Shown here piece by piece: positions 24,562-30,982 of a stretch of 30,982 nt of DNA (positions within the stretch are counted from its first letter, which is position 1; every line of letters starts with the position of its first letter). This DNA comes from a virus (taxonomy: Duplodnaviria; Heunggongvirae; Uroviricota; Caudoviricetes): the IMG/VR virus record IMGVR_UViG_2563366805_000002; one strand, written 5' to 3'. The notes under the pieces are model-generated. The model saw nothing but the letters and a program-made list of their open reading frames with translations, had not been told where the DNA came from and did no database searches. Both the position numbers and the translations under genes were made by a program.

Positions 24562-24774
24562 TTGTCCCGTAAAATGACAGGAATTGTCAAAACCTTTGAC
24601 GGCAAAAGCGGCAAGGGTCTTATCACCCCATCCGATGGTCGTATCGATGTCCAGCTTCATGTTTCAGCGCTCAATCTCCGCGATGCAGAAGAAATTACCA
24701 CCGGATTACGCGTGGAATTTTGCCGGATAAATGGTCTGCGTGGCCCTTCAGCTGCCAATGTTTACCTTTCATGA
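24562..24774 (+). CDS. cspF: Cold shock protein CspF-like (divergent CspA-family member)
   Basis: 70-aa [44 protein letters not shown]...; divergent from cspB across a 300-bp intergenic region. Confidence 0.8.
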
Positions 24775-25066
24775 GCTATATTAAAGCTTTAATTTCAGGC
24801 CCCATCGGATCACACATGGAGAGTTTTTATGAATAACCCCGTCTGTCTTGATGACTGGTTGATTGGCTTTAAAAGCTTATGCTGTACTTTGGCCGTAATA
24901 GCTCTGCTAATAATATAATAAGCAGACTCATTGTGTTTAGGGACATTGTACTGGAAGAAAACATTTTAAACATCAGGCAAATAACCAAGTCACCAGCTAA
25001 ATAATAAGTTAACAGACATGAGTCCCGGGATGAGATTCAACATTACCATTGCCCCATTTAAAGCAC

Positions 25067-25090
25067 AAAACCCGCTCATCAGCGGGTTTT
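25067..25090. terminator. Terminator hairpin downstream of Q (candidate tR'-like terminator of the short late-promoter transcript)
   Basis: AAAACCCGCT-catc-AGCGGGTTTT perfect 10-bp stem, T-rich on both sides; about 105 nt downstream of the Q stop on the minus strand. Confidence 0.4.
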
Positions 25091-25195
25091 CTACTTTTTC
25101 TTAACGTCGGGTATACAAAGCCCATCGTTGAAAAAATTTTATCCATATTTTTTGAAAAATGCAAACATCATGTCGCCATCTTCAGCAAAAATCAT

Positions 25196-25948
25196 TTATC
25201 TCGTCACCTTCCTCAATTGCGCTTCCGCGTATGCTTCTTCCTGCCAGCACTTTGTTACCAGTTTACCAATGACGTCCGCATACCCCTTATACCACTGATA
25301 ATCGGTCAGGTCTGGTACCAGCTTCTGGACATGACGTCGTGCCAGCGTGGTCGGTAAACGACTAAACCGGTTTCCATTACAACGCCCACAAATCTTATAT
25401 ACCGGTACGCCATGAAACCGGGTTCTTTTTTCATCCAGAACAATCCCTTTACCCTTACACCCTCTGCACGCTGTGCTGGCTTCGCCCTTACCATGGCAAT
25501 GCTGACATAGTTCCTTCACCCATTCTTCCTTGATTACAGATTCCCCGCGTCTGTAGTGTTTCACCACTTCGCGCAATACATTATAAAATCCCGTACCTGA
25601 ACAATGCTCACAGCGAGCCTTACTTGCCGCAGACCTGGAGTAATCAGCAAAGGCAAAACTCACGAGGTAAGGAATAATCTGTAACCGGATTTCTTCACTC
25701 AATTTGTTCAATGTCGGGTTATCCAGTGCCATCGCGTAATTTAGCAGGCCTTCAATCGCAAACTGAGGGTCCTGAACACCAACTTTTGCCAGAAATAAGG
25801 CCAACCCAAGTGGTGCTTTCGACTGCACCATCCCCTGCGCTGCCATTACATCCGTAATTGTTAAACAACCGGTGCCTGTCGCTGGAGCGTCATCGCTCAA
25901 TTTTGGAGATTTTGGGGAGTAATATTTTGGTAAGGCTTCAAGGTTCAT
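25196..25948 (-). CDS. quuQ: Late-gene antitermination protein Q (QuuQ-like, zinc-finger Q family)
   Basis: 250 aa from MNLEALPKYYSPKSPKLSDD...; C-terminal CEHCSGTG...CQHCHGKG...CRGCKGKG...CGRCNG cysteine clusters; located upstream of the holin. Confidence 0.8.
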   Translation of the reverse strand: MNLEALPKYYSPKSPKLSDDAPATGTGCLTITDVMAAQGMVQSKAPLGLALFLAKVGVQDPQFAIEGLLNYAMALDNPTLNKLSEEIRLQIIPYLVSFAFADYSRSAASKARCEHCSGTGFYNVLREVVKHYRRGESVIKEEWVKELCQHCHGKGEASTACRGCKGKGIVLDEKRTRFHGVPVYKICGRCNGNRFSRLPTTLARRHVQKLVPDLTDYQWYKGYADVIGKLVTKCWQEEAYAEAQLRKVTR

Positions 25949-25961
25949 GCTCGTTCTCCAC

Positions 25962-27010
25962 TTACGCCAGTACGCCAATTGCCAGCGCGCGATCGATAAA
26001 ACGAAATATCAGCTCCAGTTGGGAGCCATACTTCTCTTCAAATGCCACTGTATCCGTATGCAGCTCGTTGTGATGCTTTCTGCACAAAGGCAACACAAAG
26101 AGATCATGTGCTTTTGTTCCCATTCCGCCCTGCCCGTGACCAATCAGATGATGCGGATCGTCGGCTGGCATACCGCAGCAAGCATACGGCTGTGTCTTAA
26201 CCCAGCGTGTGTATTTCTCCTTAACCCACCGGTGACGTTTAGGCAGCTTCATGAAAGATTCCGGAGACTCTGGATCAACGGTGATGCTTACCACCGTCTT
26301 TTCCTGTGATGGGTTTTGTTGCTGGTGGGCGTGAGGCAACGGTGCAAGATTTTTTGTGCGCTGTTTCAATATGCTGGTGGCGGTCTGCTCTCCCGGTACG
26401 ATGTCGCTTTCGCGGTACACCGAGCAGATTTTTTCCGCTGGTAATCCCAGCGAGCGACGTAATACCGCTTCCGGTAGCGCGTCCGCCAGCTGATTGCGGA
26501 CCGCCCACCAGGAAATTCAGCCAGAGATAATTCACGCTCCTGCGTACCGCTTATTGCGTGACCGATGACGTCAATCATCCATGCTGACAGGTTTTGATGA
26601 GCAAGTTGCTCGAGTGATTCGGATGTCTGGTCACGCAGCTGGTTGTCGCAGTGCCAGCACAACACCATTGCGCCGGTACCATATCGGTGAATAACGGTTT
26701 CGCTGTGATGATAATCGCCGTGTGGCCACTGGCAGGATTTAATATGGCGCAACAGCCAGTCAGACAATGCACCAGCACCACCAGCAGCACGAATTACCCG
26801 TGTGTTACTGAAAAACGGCAGCAATGTTTTGTCTTCCACCAGCGGCTGGCGAACGGCAGGAACGACCCCGGACGGCAGATTACGCATGCTTTTCGGTTCC
26901 GGCTCCACCAGTACCCGGGTATTGTGGAATACCGGCATGGATTCACGGCCCGGCTTAACGACCACCAGCCCGAGTTCCGGTACCAGAACAGGTCGAAGTA
27001 ATACCCGCAC
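25962..27010 (-). pseudogene. ydfU: YdfU-like (DUF968) gene split by a 1-nt frameshift
   Basis: Two overlapping minus-strand ORFs (26366..27010 and 25962..26420) in different frames; the combined span of 1049 nt is one short of 1050 (349 codons plus stop), matching the K-12 YdfU length as I recall it. A T6 run at 26429-26434 lies in the overlap zone. Confidence 0.5.
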
Positions 27011-27011
27011 G

Positions 27012-27290
27012 TTACCTCCAGAGGCGTTGCTGGAATGTACGGGACGGACGCGGTGGGCGTTCGGAGTAAGGCAATCTGACTGAGATTATCCAGTGACGGT
27101 AGTCGAGGCTAAGGGCTTTTTTAACCTCGTATCCGCGCCTGCGGTAACACTGAATTATCCATTCAGCCTGCTCTTCAGTGCATGGTGGATGCTGGAACCA
27201 GTCCGATTTGAATGCATGAAAACGCCGTCCGCACCTGCTGGCAAAGACGGCAGAATCATCAGAATTGTGTAATTTGGTATCGTGCGCCAT
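27012..27290 (-). CDS. rem: Rem-like small prophage protein
   Basis: 92 aa from MAHDTKLHNSDDSAVFASRCGRRFHAF...; position between ydfU and hokD as in Qin. Confidence 0.45.
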   Translation of the reverse strand: MAHDTKLHNSDDSAVFASRCGRRFHAFKSDWFQHPPCTEEQAEWIIQCYRRRGYEVKKALSLDYRHWIISVRLPYSERPPRPSRTFQQRLWR

Positions 27291-27662
27291 CGGTTGTCTC
27301 TGCTGGCGCAGCAGGTGCCAGTTGTTCAGGCTGGCGTATAAAGTATAAATAAACTGGTTCCAGTGTAAAGCCCCTACATTAATGGAATAAAAGTCAAACA
27401 ACAGATTGTTGGGATAAACACAACGCTTATTATTAAAAGCGATTAGATAAATTAAATTTTAATGTTATGCAATTTTACCAGATCACCATAACATCTCGTT
27501 TGAAACCACCAAAACAACAACCATATCAATATTGATTATGTTAAAGTGAGTAAATATGGAAAACAACAAATCTGCACATTACGCTCCTTTTTTATCTGTG
27601 ATACTTTTTGTTTTATGCTGTGTGTGGGCATTATTTTTATAAAAATATTTACAGATAAAATA

Positions 27663-27680
27663 AACCCGCCGAAGCGGGTT
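27663..27680 (-). terminator. Rho-independent terminator downstream of hokD
   Basis: AACCCGC-cgaa-GCGGGTT hairpin; on the minus strand it is followed by TTTATTTTAT. Confidence 0.5.
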
Positions 27681-27748
27681 AAGTGCGGGTGCATTGAGGA
27701 TGCCTGACACATCAGAGGTGGCGAGGGATTTCTCCCTCGCCTGGTCTC

Positions 27749-27904
27749 TTACTCCTCAGGTTCGTAAGCTGTGAAGACAGCGACCTCCGTCTGGCCGGTT
27801 CGGATTCGTACCTCGCAGAGGTCTTTCCTCGTTACCAGTGCCGTCACTATGACGGTTAAACAGATGACGATCAGGGCGATTAACATCGCCTTTTGCTGCT
27901 TCAT
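27749..27904 (-). CDS. hokD: Hok-family type I toxin (HokD/RelF-like)
   Basis: 51 aa MKQQKAMLIALIVICLTVIVTALVTRKDLCEVRIRTGQTEVAVFTAYEPEE; SD AAGGAGAAG about 6 nt upstream. The ORF track shows an in-frame 19-codon upstream extension. Confidence 0.85.
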   Translation of the reverse strand: MKQQKAMLIALIVICLTVIVTALVTRKDLCEVRIRTGQTEVAVFTAYEPEE

Positions 27905-28519
27905 AGCCTGCTTCTCCTTGCCTTTCGGCACGTAAGAGGCTAACCTACATGTGTCTAGCATGAAATTGGCCTCAGATTAATGTTAAGCGTCTTGCAGGAC
28001 GCGTAATGTCAACTGGGGCTTTTCTCTATCTGCCTTTGGTGTTCATGCCTGAGGCAGATAGCCTCAAGCACCCGCAGCAATTCTACTTAACTCACGTCAC
28101 CTCGCCAATATAAAATCAATCAGAAAGGCGATCCGTAAGAACAACAGCAAGACAATAAATTGCCATTACAGCCGCAATAGCTAGCGCACATTTGAGAACC
28201 AGCACGACAACCTCCTGTATTGGACGTACACCAGTCCTGATAAATATGAGGCTGTCTCATCATTGATTCAATATAACTATTGGGTATAGTTTCTGTGATT
28301 TTGTTCTGTAGAAATGGAACACAACAACCAGTCTCCACCAGCACTTCTTTAAATACGCCAAGTCCGACGCAAGCTAACCTTCTAGTCCGCTTTGAGCGAA
28401 CTGTGGAAGCTCGCAAATGTTGTTACATCTGATGAAGGCATTACTCAAAGGAGGGGATAGTAGTCAACGTGGAGCAGGCCATGTTAGTATTTTTATACAA
28501 TTCGACTAAGGGAAAAACA

Positions 28520-28708
28520 ATGAGGCTTTACATAATAGGAAATGGATTTGACATGCGTCATGGCTTACCAACAGGATACAAGCACTTTAAGTCGTATGTA
28601 GAAAAAAATGACCAAGATCTATATGACGCGATAGAAGAATACATTCCTGCTGGGGACGAGTGGAATGAGTTAGAAAATGCTTTAGGTGAAATTGATTATG
28701 AGCTTTGA
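28520..28708 (+). pseudogene. AbiH-like abortive-infection gene, N-terminal 62 codons only (cut by IS3)
   Basis: MRLYIIGNGFDMRHGLPTGYKHFKSYVEKN... carries the N-terminal IIGNGFD...HGL motif I associate with the AbiH family (Pfam PF14253); the stop codon TGA at 28706-28708 is the first three bases of the IS3 terminal repeat. Confidence 0.5.
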
Positions 28709-29150
28709 TCCTACCCACGTAATATGGACACAGGCCTAAGCGAGGTTCTTGTTTTCAAATTGTTCCGGACTGAGGCCGCCACACCAACTGTGCCGCCGCC
28801 ACCGATTGTAATCACATTCGATATAATTAAACACCGTTGCCCGCATTATTTCCCGGCTGATAAAGTGTTCTCCATGGATACATTCCACTTTCAGCGAATG
28901 AAAGAAGCTTTCCACGCAGGCATTATCGTAGCAGCAACCTTTTGCGCTCATACTTCCACGCAGATTATGCCGCTTCAGTTGCGCCTGATAATCTGCTGAA
29001 CAGTACTGGCCTCCACGGTCCGTGTGAACGATAACGTTCCGGGGCCTCTTACGCCGCCACAGCGCCATCTGCAGGGCATCGCAGGCCAGTTGCGCCGTCA
29101 TGCGTGGCGACATTGACCAGCCAATAACGGCACGTGACCACAGGTCAATG
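28706..29150 (-). mobile_element. IS3: IS3 fragment (terminal ~445 bp including the right inverted repeat)
   Basis: TGATCCTACCCACGTAATATGGACACAGGCCTAAGCGAGG terminal sequence at 28706; encodes the InsF C-terminus ...[13 protein letters not shown]; IS3 homology stops abruptly at 29150. Confidence 0.85.
28736..29150 (-). pseudogene. insF: IS3 transposase InsF (orfB), C-terminal portion only
   Basis: Residues ...[49 protein letters not shown]... including the DDE-domain region; the N-terminal part is replaced by the IS629-like element. Confidence 0.8.
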
Positions 29151-29202
29151 TGAACCGCCCCGGTAATCCTGGAGACTACACTCTTTGAGAGAGGTAACCA
29201 GG

Positions 29203-29526
29203 ATGACAAAACATAACCGATTTCCCCCTGAAGTTCGTCAACGCGCTATTCGTATGGTTCTGGAAAACCAGAATACCTACAACTCACAATGGGCCGCTAT
29301 CTGCTCCATTGCCCCTAAGATCGGCTGCACTCCCGAGACATTGCGTATCTGGATCCGTCAGCAGGAGCCCGTTGATGATGAGCAGAATGCGCTGACTGCC
29401 AGCGAACGCCAGCGTCTGAAAGAACTGGAGCGGGAAGTCCGCGAGCTGCGCCGCAGCAATGATATTCTGCGTCAGGCTTCAGCGTATTTTGCCCAGGCGG
29501 AGCTCGACCGCCACTGGAAAAAATAA
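29203..29526 (+). CDS. IS3-family transposase OrfA (HTH)
   Basis: [54 protein letters not shown]... with a leucine-zipper-like C-terminus; related to IS629 OrfA. Confidence 0.8.
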   Translation: MTKHNRFPPEVRQRAIRMVLENQNTYNSQWAAICSIAPKIGCTPETLRIWIRQQEPVDDEQNALTASERQRLKELEREVRELRRSNDILRQASAYFAQAELDRHWKK

Positions 29527-29940
29527 TGCCGCTTCTGGAAAATCTGAGCGGTGAACACGGGGTCGGGCCAGTCTGTCATGAGCTGGATATTGCTCCGTCA
29601 ACGTACTACTGGCATCAGCAACGCCGGAAGTGTCCTGAACGACGCAGTAGTCGGGATAAACGCGATGCCGTGCTGATACCTGAGATACAGCGCGTATACG
29701 AAGAAAACTACAGCGTTTACGGTGTGCGTAAGGTCTGGCGACAGCTAAAACGTGAAGGTGTCGGCGTTGCCCGCTGCACCATTGAGCGCCTGATGAAAGC
29801 CCTGCAGCTACGTGGGGTGACACGCGGCAAAAGTGTCAGAACCACCCGCAGCAACAAAGCCGAAACACCGCAGGATCGGGTGAACCGGCAGTTCGTGGCT
29901 GAACGGCCCGATAGTCTTTGGGTGGCCGATTTTACCTACG
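29526..29940 (+). CDS. IS3-family transposase OrfB, 5' portion (interrupted after ...LWVADFTY by the intron)
   Basis: The frame reads ...RPDSLWVADFTY and then enters intron sequence at 29941; the ORF-track residues after this (GVPGVQGEHGC...) are intron-encoded read-through. Confidence 0.7.
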
Positions 29941-30982
29941 GTGTGCCCGGAGTTCAGGGTGAGCATGGATGCTCAAATGAACCACGAGTCTGTCTGGAAT
30001 ATTGAACCGGTAACTCACGATGAGAAACCCAACAATCCCGTCGGGTGTGACGGCGGAGAACCTGAGCGGCAGTGACCTGCGGCATGCCCGCAGGGTGATG
30101 TAACCCGCTGACAACGGGGATTGAGGCGAGATCACTAAGCCGAGATGATCCTCAAGGTTAAGTACTGAAAGGCTGAAGAACATGAACCCGTTAATCCGCC
30201 TCTGTGGGTTGAAAACGTCACCACGGCCTACGTGATCTGACAGGCCGTGCAGGAGGAACTGGCAGTGATACGTAAGCACTGCCGGTCGAAGGTTTTTTGA
30301 CATGTATGCGAAACACCGGGGCAGCAGCGTCTATCACGCTTGCGTTGCTGACCTCTGCCAACTTGCGGCAAGCAAGGATAAAGAGTGCGACGGGCAGCCT
30401 CCTCAGTATGCCTGAGTCCAGACAGGTAAACCGGGGAAGGTCAGCGACGGATGTTAAGGGGGCATGGCTCCGATGACGCGCTGGCTGGCGGAGCTTCCGT
30501 AGTAGTCCGCGATGGGGAAAGCCCATTACATGGCGAAGGGAAGCAGTTTGAATGTGTTTGCGACGTGAATTAACTGACCTAACGAGGTGAAGACCTTTGA
30601 TAATCAGCGAAATGCAACGCAAGCTTGCCACATGGGCAGTCACCGATCCGTCCCTACGGATTCAACGGCTGCTGCGTCTGATAACACAACCAGAATGGCT
30701 GGCTGAAGCGGCGCGGATCACGCTTTCATCAAAGGGGGCCCATACCCCCGGCGTTGATGGCGTGAACAAAACAATGCTACAGGCCAGACTGGCTGTTGAG
30801 CTGCAAATCCTCAGGGATGAATTACTCTCAGGCCACTACCAGCCCTTGCCCGCCAGACGGGTTTACATCCCTAAAAGCAACGGCAAACTGCGACCACTGG
30901 GTATCCCCGCGTTGCGGGATCGTATTGTTCAGCGGGCCATGCTGATGGCGATGGAGCCGATATGGGAGAGTGATTTTCATAC
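29941..30982 (+). mobile_element. Group II intron, 5' part (domains I-IV and start of the intron-encoded protein), continues beyond the window
   Basis: Begins GTGTGCCCGGAG... (GUGYG consensus, similar to the Ll.LtrB 5' end GTGCGCCCAGAT); about 670 nt of structured non-coding sequence, then an RT-type ORF. Confidence 0.7.
30612..30982 (+). CDS. Group II intron-encoded reverse transcriptase/maturase, N-terminal 123 codons (partial)
   Basis: MQRKLATWAVTDPSLRIQRLLRLI...HTPGVDGV...YIPKSNGKLRPLGIPALRDRIVQRAMLMAMEPIWESDFH has the RT domain 0/1 signatures (TPGVDG, RPLGIP, RDRIVQ). An alternative TTG start at 30597 has better spacing to GAGGTGA. Absent from the ORF track because there is no stop in the window. 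Confidence 0.8.
   Translation, partial: MQRKLATWAVTDPSLRIQRLLRLITQPEWLAEAARITLSSKGAHTPGVDGVNKTMLQARLAVELQILRDELLSGHYQPLPARRVYIPKSNGKLRPLGIPALRDRIVQRAMLMAMEPIWESDFH

Larger units (their letters stand above)
29151..29940 (+). mobile_element. IS3-family element (IS629/IS3411-like), left end, inserted into IS3 and itself interrupted by a group II intron
   Basis: Starts TGAACCGCCCCGG (IS629-type left terminus as I recall it); orfA and orfB are arranged with an overlap at an A6 run. Confidence 0.75.

Noticed and set aside
25049-25357. Plus-strand 102-aa ORF overlapping the Q 3' end
   Set aside because: Antisense to Q and spans the terminator hairpin; no start context.
27905-27961. In-frame upstream extension of hok as a possible mok reading frame
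   Set aside because: In characterised hok/sok loci mok overlaps hok in a different frame; here the extension is simply in-frame upstream sequence, and the hok ATG has its own strong SD.
28120-28416. 98-aa form of the cysteine-rich ORF
   Set aside because: The N-terminal 51 codons appear to begin at a non-ATG codon, with no SD, and look like intergenic read-through; only the 47-codon ATG-initiated core is retained, as a low-confidence finding.
29479-30643. Minus-strand ORFs across the IS629-like element and the intron (29479..29823, 29932..30303, 30218..30643)
   Set aside because: Antisense to the transposase genes and to the structured intron RNA; no family resemblance.

Overview
This window is the late (right) arm of a lambda-like prophage, read in reverse orientation, followed by a Qin-like accessory and lysis region and a stack of nested mobile elements. 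Identifications rest on reading the translated ORFs against remembered lambda and E. coli K-12 Qin proteins; no database search was run. From 1 to 19398 on the minus strand lies a complete lambda-order morphogenesis module: lom (partial), J, I, K, L, M, H, G/G-T, V, U, Z, FII, FI, E, D, C, B, W, A and Nu1. It is followed by a lambda-type cos site (cosN 19576-19587). Beyond cos are ynfO/ydfO-like genes, a frameshifted gnsB-like gene, cspI, an IS1 element, a holin with a YdfR-like gene but no endolysin or spanin, a ynfU-like gene, cspB, cspF, antiterminator Q, a frameshifted ydfU-like gene, a rem-like gene and hokD. At the right edge an AbiH-like gene is cut after 62 codons by an IS3 fragment, which is interrupted by an IS629-like element, whose orfB is interrupted by a group II intron that runs off the window. 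I did not find an intact, clearly novel multi-gene system. The most defence-like locus (abiH-like) is disrupted. The less explained signals are two small hydrophobic ORFs, a cysteine-rich 47-codon ORF, and the IS1-associated loss of the lysis enzymes. No tRNA, rRNA or CRISPR array was recognised.
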